DNA of 64,000 nucleotides from Paraspadella gotoi. Lineage: Eukaryota; Animalia; Chaetognatha. The position numbers and the translations under genes were made by a program. The stretch covers positions 11,342,141 to 11,406,140 of the forward strand of contig CM119270.1 in assembly GCA_051294375.1 (NCBI GenBank), read 5' to 3'. The notes under the pieces were generated by a model, which saw nothing but the letters and a program-made list of their open reading frames with translations, ran no database searches and was not told where the DNA came from. This document shows, in pieces, positions 43,846 through 55,376 of the stretch (position 1 is its first letter; each line of letters begins with the position of its first letter).

Positions 43846-46800
43846 AAGTGACCACTTAGGACCCTATAGCTCGCTCCGTTGCGCTCCGTTGCTTTCCCCA
43901 CTTTAACATACTTTGCGTCACTGTGTCGTAGAAGACTCACTCTACTGTTCCGAGCCTGTTACCACAGCTGTATCCGGTTTGCTGGCGACTTTTAGAATAA
44001 AAAAAGTCTTAATTTTTAGTTTTTCATAGATTCTCTGCATCGCAATTTAAACTTCATCTTTTTCCAATCCACTCAAAAAATGCCAAATGCCACTAGTACA
44101 AAAAATCCAAAACCAATTATCAAAATATCTTTCGATATGTAAATGTTGAGCAATGTTATTACTCTCCATACTTTCGATAATACTTTCTTAGATCACCCTT
44201 TATTCTTTTTTTCTACCCTAATCGTACTTCCCGTTACCCTCTCCGATCGACGCCCAAAGATCCCAGGGAAAGAATCTTTGATGCATGACTAGGATTGTCT
44301 CCCTTCTTCCATTGACCCAGAATTCTTGGATGGAATGGGATCCGGCGTCCTCGGCGCAAAAGGTCAAAGGTCGGATTTTTTTTTCGCGATAGTTTTCCCT
44401 CCCGAGATGCGGTGACCTTGAAAGATGAGAGATTTGACCTTGAAAAACAAAAGAAGTTGAGGCGGAAGATTCGATCCTTTTTTTTAAGACGTCGATATTG
44501 GCGAAGAAGGGGACGAAAAAGTGTTTCGACATAAATCAAGAATATACATATTTAATCTAAAATCAAGAATTAAATTTTTTATTCTAATACTTTTATTTTT
44601 AATGCTTTTATTTTATTCTAAACTTTCTAAATTATTTGTTTTTATTGTTTTTTTTAGGTAGAAATTACTTAAGAGAAAGTCTGAAACAGACATTTCTGGG
44701 TTGTATCGACAGACGAGTTCTGTTTGCTCAAGGCAGCTCAGCGAGTTAAGCCTCCCCAACGCCTGAGACAAAAAAGGAGCCCACGTGGAATAGAACGACG
44801 ACGACGACGACGACGACGACGATTACGATAGTGACAATGTCACGAAAACTACAGCAAAGAAGACAATGTTTGCTGAGGCAAGTACAAACTAGTTTCAGGT
44901 CGGACGTCGAGGTAAAGAGAACATCATACGGCCTAAAAAAACAATTTATATTATAAATAACGAAATACAAACCTTCAATCTATTTCTTTTATCTAATCAA
45001 TTTAAAAAAAAATCCTATCTGAAGGGTAATTTCTCTGAAATGTCCTTCCTTAAATCCTCACCTGGCAAAAATCCAACTACGAGCACGACGAGACAAAGCA
45101 AATCCTTTGCCGCCGCGGCTGCTGCCGTTGCCGCGCCGCCGTAACCGCCGTCGCCGCCGTAGCCGGCGCCACCGCTTCCGGTTTTCCGCGACAACGTTCT
45201 TCGCTTCGAGAGGAAAAAAGTCTGTCGCCTCAATGTCAAAGTAAATAGTTCAATGGTTTCACAAAGGTGGGGTTGGGGGTGAAGGGGGAGTTGGGGGAGG
45301 TAGAGGGGAAGGCTTCAACCGCAGAGTATCGGGTTTTACGTTGGCTCTTCTTCTGCGAACGAGCTTATATTTCTACGACAGTTCATCTTAGGCATGGGCT
45401 TAGCTTACGACATAGTTATAGAAAGTCAAAGGATTTATTTTTTTTTCTAATTGTTACTTGGCGAAATGAGATAACATTGTCCTTTTTTTCGGTATACTTG
45501 CAACGAAATACACGTAGAGCATTCAAAGATAACAAAATATAAGATATTTAATTCCATTCATTATTATTATAAAACTTATATTTTCTTATTTCAACTTTTT
45601 GCAAGGAATACGAATCTGGGATTGAATTTTTTAAATTATTGTTTTTTAACTTTAACCTAATTTTTACTCATAATTATTAATAAATATAGCTAACTAAAAT
45701 TTAATAAAACATAAAATTTAGAAATAAACTTACCAAAATATTTTATAGGTATTTATTCTTATATTTCAAAAGCTCATATAAATTTTATAAAATTATAATA
45801 ATTTGATTTATCATGACGTATAATGTTTGCGCTATTTTATTAACATTTTATATATACTAAAAATCGTCATTTGCGACAAGAAATGGTCATCACCATCAAA
45901 TTCTTCAGACCTGATTACAGTAAAATAATTATGAATGAAATTTAATATCTTATATTTTGTTATCTTTGAACGCTTCAAGATTGCCTATCCTTAATTGAAA
46001 ATTTCGATTTCTTTCCACATTGAATCTTTATCAATGAATCTTCAACTCTGAATCCTTTATTCATTCCTCAACACCCACGGTTCTCCAGAGAATCGATCGC
46101 CGCTCGCGCCAACGGAAGCGCCTTTCTTGTTTCTATCTTTGAAGGCGGATTCAATTTCGTTTTCTTCAAGAGTGAGAAGCGAGATTACGAGAGATTAATT
46201 TAAAATAAAGCTCTCTCTCTNNNNNNNNNNNNNNNNNNNNNNNNNNNNNNNNNNNNNNNNNNNNNNNNNNNNNNNNNNNNNNNNNNNNNNNNNNNNNNNN
46301 NNNNNNNNNNNNNNNNNNNNNNNNNNNNNNNNNNNNNNNNNNNNNNNNNNNNNNTCTCTCTCTCTCTCTCTGTTTGCAATCAGAAATGGGTGATTTCGCT
46401 GTGACAATGACTTACTGAAGGACGTATTAATTTTCTTCAAATCGTCTCTAGGCACACATTTACACCTAACGCTTGGTAGTATTTGCTTGTGCTTTCCGAA
46501 CGGTGAGACAACGACCCCAAATTGACAAGCCCTTCCACTCATCAGCAGCTTTCCCGTATTCCTCCTTCCCTCAATTGCAATTCTTGTCGCATTCGCAAAG
46601 TTTAAAAACAAATGAGAACCGATTGCTTTTCAGAATATTCCGAGTAGAACGAGGCGGACTCTTGTAACGGGAAAAGGAATTAGGGGCGTGGGGAAAAGAG
46701 NNNNNNNNNNNNNNNNNNNNNNNNNNNNNNNNNNNNNNNNNNNNNNNNNNNNNNNNNNNNNNNNNNNNNNNNNNNNNNNNNNNNNNNNNNNNNNNNNNNN

Positions 46801-47419
46801 NNNNNNNNNNNNNNNNNNNNNNNNNNNNNNNNNNNNNNNNNNNNNNNNNNNNNNNNNNNNNNNNNNNNNNNNNNNNNNNNNNNNNNNNNNNNNNNNNNNN
46901 NNNNNNNNNNNNNNNNNNNNNNNNNNNNNNNNNNNNNNNNNNNNNNNNNNNNNNNNNNNNNNNNNNNNNNNNNNNNNNNNNNNNNNNNNNNNNNNNNNNN
47001 NNNNNNNNNNNNNNNNNNNNNNNNNNNNNNNNNNNNNNNNNNNNNNNNNNNNNNNNNNNNNNNNNNNNNNNNNNNNNNNNNNTCGTCGTTCATTTTTAGT
47101 TTTTTTAAATTTCAAGGTAAATGACGATCATTTGGCTAAGAAGACAAAATTGACAAAAACGTCATGAAAATCGGATTCTGAAGTCTTTTCCGAATCTTCA
47201 TTGACATTTCCCTGGCAGTTGCTGAAGTTGAGGAGCAAGGCCGCTATTGCGTTTGTCGCGGTGGCAGCGGCAGCGTTAGCGGCAGTTTTTCTTATTTTTG
47301 TTATTATTGTTATTGCGATTTTTGCTTTTGACCAAATTTAATTATTGAAAACATCTTATGTTCAACATCGATAATCACCCCAGTATTTTCGCCTCATTTC
47401 TTCCTACCAAACGAAATTG

Positions 47420-47455
<36 letters not shown>

Positions 47456-50003
47456 CATCCGTCTCACTCTCTGTCAAGTTTTGAACCCGTGAGGCAAAAC
47501 GATTCTTGCGCGTTACCGTTCAGTAAGGATTAGCGACCCCCCAAACTTTTTCTGTCAGAGGGGTGGGCGTGTGCGAAGGCTGCGGCGGCTGCGACGTCTG
47601 CAGCGTAGGCGGCAGCGTCAGCAGTGGCCACTCGTCAAGGTGATTTTTGGCGACGCAACAGAACGAAGCGAAGGCAAAGGGTCATTCGACCGATCGTTCA
47701 TCTTGAGTCTCGAAGACGGAAATAAATCGAACGGAAGGGGGCGTGGTCGTCGAGAAGGGGGTTGTGGTGGACGAAGGGCTTGTTGATGTGGTCTTGTCAC
47801 GAGTTCTGAGACAGACCGAAAGTGAGTGAAGAATAAAGGTTGTGTCTTAAATGATTAGGATTGAAATAGTCGGAGAGGTGCCGTTGTGATGAAAGGGTGA
47901 ACGAGATTATTTCGCTTGTTAACTCTACCATGGATGTGACGCAGGATTGTGGGTTTTACAAATTCAGTGAGAAGGCACAATCAATGTATTTAATGTCGTC
48001 GCTTAAAATAAGGCAATTATGGCGGTGAGATAGGGTCATTCTGGGTCAGTTGCGATAAAAAAGTGAATTAGGTCAAAGTGCTGATGAGACACGTGGAGAA
48101 TTGATGAAGATGATTGATGAAGACTGAAATTCCAAATTCACTCAGATGATTTACCTTTAATCATTTTTCAAATAGTTTTCCTAAAAAGAAATCCTTGTTG
48201 TTTTCCCCATTGCCAGTAGCAACGGAAGGGTGTGTCGTAAGTTAGGATGGCCGAGGGGCCGTTTCCAAAAGGAGAAAAGGACCACCGCTCCACCGAATCT
48301 GGTAAAAAGTGGGTCACTTTGAGAGAGCGGTTCACCATTCGACGATCTTTCAGCGGAAGCCAAAAGGTGGGTTGGGTTGGGAGGATTGCTTATTCAGGTG
48401 CCCCTTGAGCCCGGGGGGTCAGAGAGGTTGCGTCGGTCATCGAGGGACGGGTAAGGGATATGGGTTCGCTGCTTAGGGGTTTGGTGGGGAAAGGCTGAGA
48501 TATGGCGAGACGGCGCGGAGTCGAGAAATCTCGGGAGAGTTTGGTGAGGTCGCCAACGAGGAAAGGAAAGGTAAGGGAGGGGAAGGAAGAAGGACGGGCG
48601 CTCCTACTATGTGGAATTAGACGTGAAACAAAAAAGAAAACAAGAAGGTAAAAGGAGGCAAGAGGGGGCTGTGGTAAATATAGAAAAAAAAGGATAAACG
48701 TATCTAAGTGTACGTGTGGTCAAAACAACAACATATAGAGAATTGACGGTATGATATGAACATTATATTTGAAATTGAGAATAAACAAACAAACAAAAAT
48801 AGCACCTGCGTCAAAAATGTGAGAGAAAATAGTGGAAAGAAAATTGAAACACGATTCAGGAAACGGTTGAAACTCATTCGCGGGGTCACTGTTGTGGAAT
48901 CAAAAACCTTGTGACCTCCATGAGAAATTCGCGAGGGAAAAAAAAGGAGGGGAGGGGCGTGAGTCGTTGGAATTCACCGGCGATGATGGAAAAGGTCAGA
49001 TTGGAAAACTGATTCGGTGCGAGAAAATGAAAAAAAAAGAAAGAAAGAAAGAAAGTGGAAAGAATTCAAGAATTCAAGAGTCTAAGTTGAGATTGGAGTC
49101 TAGACTTTGTACAAACATTCGTTGACATGAAAGGTATTTCTACCTGAAACTCTTTAATACTATAAGTCAGACTTCACAGTAAATATTGTTTTATAAAATC
49201 TGTAATACTATTCGAGATATGTGACTCCTTTCACTCGTGATACGACAGTTTTTGATTCACGATTAAAGGTGTTTTGTGTCACGTCTCGTAGAAACCGTCT
49301 GGTTTTCTTGTAGTCGTCGTTGTCGTCGTCGTCGTTGTTGTCGTCGTCGTCGCGAGCGTCGTCGTCGTCATCGTTTCTACTCTCTTTTTTTTCCCAAAAA
49401 AATACTGTCTCAAAAAAACCTCCATTCTCCTCAGGGATTAAATCTCACTTTTCCTAACCCAAGGAATAACAACAACTAGAGCAACCAAATAACCAGTAAA
49501 CCATTACCAGAAAATGACTAAAAATAACTTGTTTATAAAATTTGTAATAACTACCTGGTAACACTCTTTTCACGTCGCGTTATTCGCTGAGCACAAAGTT
49601 CCACTTGTGTTCACATCGTCAATTAATGATCCATTTATTGACGCGACAAAATCCCGTGAATGAAGCGATAATCGATATTTTCTAACATCGGAGATAAATT
49701 TAGTATTGGAGGTGGAGGCAAAGATGGAAAGTGTAAAAGATGAATTCAGGTTCACATTGCAAGAAAATGAAAAGTTGGTTGGGGGNNNNNNNNNNNNNNN
49801 NNNNNNNNNNNNNNNNNNNNNNNNNNNNNNNNNNNNNNNNNNNNNNNNNNNNNNNNNNNNNNNNNNNNNNNNNNNNNNNNNNNNNNNNNNNNNNNNNNNN
49901 NNNNNNNNNNNNNNNNNNNNNNNNNNNNNNNNNNNNNNNNNNNNNNNNNNNNNNNNNNNNNNNNNNNNNNNNNNNNNNNNNNNNNNNNNNNNNNNNNNNN
50001 NNN

Positions 50004-50041
<38 letters not shown>

Positions 50042-50162
50042 CATTATGTCGAAAGTCGAAACCAACGACTCTGAATATTCCACATTAACGTCCCTAAAGT
50101 CACTTTCACTTTCCTTTTAACACCTCGAAATTTATTACTACAACAGCGACGCATTTGTTACT

Positions 50163-50252
50163 CGACAGGCGTCGGTCTTAGCGACAGGCGTCGGTCTCAG
50201 CGACAGGCGTAGATCTCGTCGACAGGCGTCGCTCTCAGCGACAGGCGTCGGT
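50163..50252. repeat. 19-bp minisatellite (CGACAGGCGTCGGTCTCAG), ~5 copies
   Basis: Units start at 50163, 50182, 50201, 50220 and 50239. Confidence 0.9.
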
Positions 50253-52612
50253 TCGACATCGCGGGCGAAGGATACGAACCTCGAAAGTCGACATCAACAA
50301 TTCATTCCGCAATAACCCTTGACGGCGGCGGATTCTCTCGGGGGGAGAAAGGAAGGAGACGATAAAGGGTTCCATTACGAGGAGGACTGATGGGAAGAAG
50401 GAAAGGAGGAAGAAAATGAAAGAGGGGAAGGGAGGGAGGAGAAAAATTTAAAGAAAGAGGGGAAGAAAAGAAGAGGAAAGAATTAGACGACAAAGGAAGG
50501 AAAGAGAAAGATAAGTAAAACTGAGGAAGAAAGGAGGGGAGGAAGAGAGAGAGAAAAATTGGGTTAAAAAAGGAAGAAAGGGAAAATGATGTAAGAAACA
50601 AGATGAGAATCAGAGAAATGGGGCATGGAGGAAGAGGGGGAGAAGAGAGAAGAGGGAAGGGAGACAAAAAATAAAAATAAAAAGAATTATGAAAGAAAAT
50701 GGAAGAAATACACGGGATTTGGCTAATGATCCAGTATTAGTGCATAGCAAAATTTTCTGAGAAAGTTAGAATGAGGCGAGGCTGTAAGCCATTTGCTAGT
50801 TCATTAAACTTTGAAAAAGAAACAAGGAAACATGGACCAGAGAGAGAAAGAGTAGTAAGCGTGGGACTGGATTGTAAAAGAGAAAGAGGGAAATTAAGAA
50901 AGTAGCAATAGTGAGAGAAAAGCGGGTGAAGAAAATATGATAACGGATTCCGATACGAGAAGAAATTGGGAAGCGGAGAAAGAGGAGGAGGAATTTGGAG
51001 GAAAAAGTAGAGCAGAACCGGATTCGATACTAGGGAGAAATATTTGGGGGAAGTGGGGGAGGAAAAGAAAGGGGTAGGAGTCTAAATAGGAGGGAGGTTG
51101 GGGAGGAGAAAAGGAGAGAGATAGTGGGGAATTGGGATGAAGGGGAAGGGGTATGGAGCAGAAAGANNNNNNNNNNNNNNNNNNNNNNNNNNNNNNNNNN
51201 NNNNNNNNNNNNNNNNNNNNNNNNNNNNNNNNNNNNNNNNNNNNNNNNNNNNNNNNNNNNNNNNNNNNNNNNNNNNNNNNNNNNNNNNNNNNNNNNNNNA
51301 AAAAAAAGAAAAAAGAAGAGAGGAAAAAAAAGACAAAAAAAAGACAGAAAGAAAAAAAAAGAGAAAAAAAAGACAAAGAAAAACAAGAGAAAAAAAGACG
51401 AAAAAAAAAGAGTTTTTTGTTGTTGTTGTTGTTGTTTTCGCGCGTCACGTTGGTGACGTTTATTTTCGCGAGTGAGCTTCCTTAGTAAATATCATTAGTC
51501 AGCCATAAGGCAGACTCGTTTCCACTAGACGACGATGACGACGACCAAGTCGCTACCCATCGTCGAGCGCATCAAGAGCATGCGCGCGGTCCGTATCGCC
51601 ATCGTGACGCCCGCACGCGACGCGACGCCGCCGCCCCGACGTCACCGTTAATTGCGTCATTCGCTTAATGCGACGCGATTCCAGTCACGCGTCGCAGTCG
51701 CTTCCGGTTCGCGGAGGCGTCGACGAAAAATACGTCGCGGCGCCGATTTGGTCGTTCGACGCACCTCGGCGTCCAATTGAGTGTCGCATTGGCGACATTG
51801 TTATGAATAGAGGGCANNNNNNNNNNNNNNNNNNNNNNNNNNNNNNNNNNNNNNNNNNNNNNNNNNNNNNNNNNNNNNNNNNNNNNNNNNNNNNNNNNNN
51901 NNNNNNNNNNNNNNNNNNNNNNNNNNNNNNNNNNNNNNNNNNNNNNNNNNNNNNNNNNNNNNNNNNNNNNNNNNNNNNNNNNNNNNNNNNNNNNNNNNNN
52001 NNNNNNNNNNNNNNNNNNNNNNNNNNNNNNNNNNNNNNNNNNNNNNNNNNNNNNNNNNNNNNNNNNNNNNNNNNNNNNNNNNNNNNNNNNNNNNNNNNNN
52101 NNNNNNNNNNNNNNNNNNNNNNNNNNNNNNNNNNNNNNNNNNNNNNNNNNNNNNNNNNNNNNNNNNNNNNNNNNNNNNNNNNNNNNNNNNNNNNNNNNNN
52201 NNNNNNNNNNNNNNNNNNNNNNNNNNNNNNNNNNNNNNNNNNNNNNNNNNNNNNNNNNNNNNNNNNNNNNNNNNNNNNNNNNNNNNNNNNNNNNNNNNNN
52301 NNNNNNNNNNNNNNNNNNNNNNNNNNNNNNNNNNNNNNNNNNNNNNNNNNNNNNNNNNNNNNNNNNNNNNNNNNNNNNNNNNNNNNNNNNNNNNNNNNNN
52401 NNNNNNNNNNNNNNNNNNNNNNNNNNNNNNNNNNNNNNNNNNNNNNNNNNNNNNNNNNNNNNNNNNNNNNNNNNNNNNNNNNNNNNNNNNNNNNNNNNNN
52501 NNNNNNNNNNNNNNNNNNNNNNNNNNNNNNNNNNNNNNNNNNNNNNNNTTGGGGACTAAGGCGTAGTAAAATTTTTTTAATTTAACTTTAATTAAAATTC
52601 TAAAAAAGAGGA

Positions 52613-53102
52613 ACGAACAACATTATACTAATGAACATTTATGTAATAAAAAATTTATAATAAATTTTTCAATTTATGCAGTAGGCCATATTTATACTAG
52701 TACTAAACCAATAAATGTTAAAATTTCAAAACAGTTTTTTCTAAGATATTTTTGCAGATTTGGAATCGTCATAAAAAGTTGATAAAAAGAAATATAACTC
52801 TTTTTGAAAAATTCCTTCCTTAAGTGGGTCAAAAATTAGAAGCTATTTTTAAGCTGAAAATTAATTTTTTATATATTAAATATAGTTTTTTTAATTTTTA
52901 ACTCACTTAATGAAAGAATCTTTAAAAATGATTTATATTTTCTTTTATCAACTTTTGACGAGGAATTCAAATCTGCAATCAAAATTAAGAAAAGCCTATT
53001 TTGAAATTTTTTGATTTTATAAATATAGCCTACTGCAAAAATTAAAAAACATAAAATTAATTTTTTTTACAAATTAATGTTCACTGATGGTATGTTGTTC
53101 AT
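52613..53102. mobile_element. ~490-bp imperfect palindrome (fold-back / MITE-like element)
   Basis: Arms are complementary throughout: GAACAACAT/ATGTTGTTC; TGCAGTAGGCCATATTTATA/TATAAATATAGCCTACTGCA; TTGCAGATTTG...AAAAGTTGATAAAA/TTTTATCAACTTTT...CAAATCTGCAA; TTAAGTGGGTCAAAAATTA/TAATTTTTAACTCACTTAA. Centre is at ~52860; no TSD could be resolved. Confidence 0.75.
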
Positions 53103-53919
53103 AATTGTCATATTGTCATATCATGTGATCAAATGAAAATAACGTGAAAATAAAATCACTGTGGCGTAACACATTGGAATCACCCTTCTTGTTTTTACTA
53201 TGATGAGTTTATATTTATGAAATTGGTACAACCAATATAAAAATTATCCATTCATTTAATAAATAAGCTATCTTGCCCCTGACTTTGGACATATATATAT
53301 GTGAAAGGTTGAAAAACCCCAAATGTAATCGAACTCATGTTAATCCATTTTAGAGACATGACAATTTATGAAGTTGAATCTGCGAATCTGATCTCGCCGA
53401 GGAAGGCACTAGGCAAAAAATTGACCAGGATTGGAAATAACGGATGGGTGAAAAAGGAATGAGTGGGGACAATGGGGAGGGCGGCAGTTCTCGATTTTCA
53501 TTCGAAAAAAAAAATGGCGGAAAATATGGGAGTTTAAATGAAATTAACATCGAGGAAAAAGGGAAGGCTTTGTTCGAAGCTTTTTATTGCTTCACCCGCG
53601 TGCGTTCAAGTGGCAATTAGGAATTTCAAACTTTCAGGAAAAGAAAATTAATAAAAAAATTTCGTAACTGGATTGGGCGGTGATTAACGAACTTTTGCGC
53701 ACGAGTCTTATGCACAAGCGGAGAAATGAAAACTTCGTTGCGAAATGACTCTTGTAAGAATCTGACAGACACTTGTACATTATAGATCCCATTAGATAAT
53801 GGATAGAAAATGGTTGCCAGACATGGCAAGACATTGAATTTAGTTAAATGAAAAAGAAAATGAGGTCATTGGGAGACGTCTCTCATAAATGGTGCAAAGA
53901 GATTCAAAGTGGCATCTGG

Positions 53920-54044
53920 AGATGGCGTTCATTAAATTATGACGTATAAAATGGCGTTGGGAGATGGCACTATTTCAATTATGACGTAGAAAATGGCGTC
54001 GAAAGATGGCGCTCATTTAATTTATCCATAAAGATGGCGTCGGG
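53920..54044. repeat. 42-bp minisatellite, 3 copies, rich in ATGGC motifs
   Basis: AGATGGC anchors at 53920, 53962 and 54004; unit ~AGATGGCGTTCATTAAATTATGACGTATAAAATGGCGTTGGG. Confidence 0.8.
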
Positions 54045-54557
54045 CGACGAGGCACCACGAAGCCTCTATGTTTCGCCTAGTAAACTCGATTAGCCGCAGA
54101 TGCCGATTCTTGCGCCTGGGATCAGGTGCTCCTCGTGGTCGTCGTTATCGTCGTCATAGTCGTCGTTATGCGCGATTTATTCTGATCACCATCGACGACG
54201 TCATATGAATTAAGTGAAAATGCAGTCTGCTTCTGAAGCGCATCGTCCGCATGGAGCTGCGCAATGAGCGTTGCGGGGAGAATTTTCCGTAGCCTGGGGT
54301 TAATCGTCGTGCGTAGCGTGAGAGACTAACATTGAGCGAATTGATACGCGAAGATTGCACAATATGCAGCGAAATATGTGTATAAATACGGATAGAATGA
54401 AATATAATCTTTTTGATTTTGCATCCAGGAAAGACGCTAACCCTTTTTTTTCGGGCGACATTATGTTGTTGGTCACCTTATTCACCAACTGGGATTTGGG
54501 TTGGTTGACATATCACGCGCGGCTTAAAGCCGATTTCTTCGAAAGGAAAAGGAAGCT

Positions 54558-54588
<31 letters not shown>

Positions 54589-54589
54589 G

Positions 54590-54630
<41 letters not shown>

Positions 54631-54722
54631 AGAAGAAGAAGAAGAAGTAGTAAAGTAGCAAACAGGATTGCCGAGCTTCCTTTGAAAATATTTTTAAGCT
54701 TAACCTGTGAAACTTCGCAAAT

Positions 54723-54792
54723 CTAATTAAACTTTTTTTCCCTTTTTTTTCCACACGATTTTTATGGAACTACGCTTTTATTACAGGTAAGC
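54723..54792 (+). other. Candidate recursive splice site (3' splice site abutting a 5' splice site, CAG|GTAAGC)
   Basis: Branch-point-like CTAAT (54723), long poly-pyrimidine tract, no AG between 54699 and 54784, then TTTTATTACAG|GTAAGC with the junction at 54786/54787. Same strand as the 3384 donor. Confidence 0.5.
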
Positions 54793-55340
54793 ATTATTTA
54801 TTCATTTGTTATCATTGTTTAGTATTTTTTAAAAAACGCACGGTAAAAAAAGATTTGAGCTGCGGTCATATCGGTATGGAATGATTCGATAATCATTTAT
54901 TTCGCCTTTAATTTCTATGCTATTGGTGATGTTTCCATTGATCACCACTGATCGCTTTTAAATGATAACCGCTGATCCGATCGCCTCTCTAGGAATCACC
55001 CTTAATCGATTCAAGTAGAATTCCAATTCGCCCTCTTCCTCTCGCCCCCCCACCCCCCCGGCCTCTCTTCATTTCCCTCCTACTCTTTTCATCGCATCTC
55101 CATTGAGAGTCAGGTTGAGAAAAAAAGGAAAAAAGAAAAGAAAAACCGCGAGGGGTCATCCTCGACGTCTCTTCTCTCTTAAATCCTTTTTTTCATTTCT
55201 TACTTCCTTCCTTTTATCTTTTCTCTCTTTTTTTTATATATACATTTCCTCGTTTTTTTATCTTTACTTTCATCGTTTTCCTCGTGGGAAATCATTACGT
55301 AGGTGAATTTCATGAGGGTGCTAAACTGTTACCCCATTTA

Positions 55341-55376
<36 letters not shown>

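Noticed and set aside
50163-50252. 19-bp repeat as a CRISPR array
   Set aside because: Head-to-tail tandem repeat without spacers.
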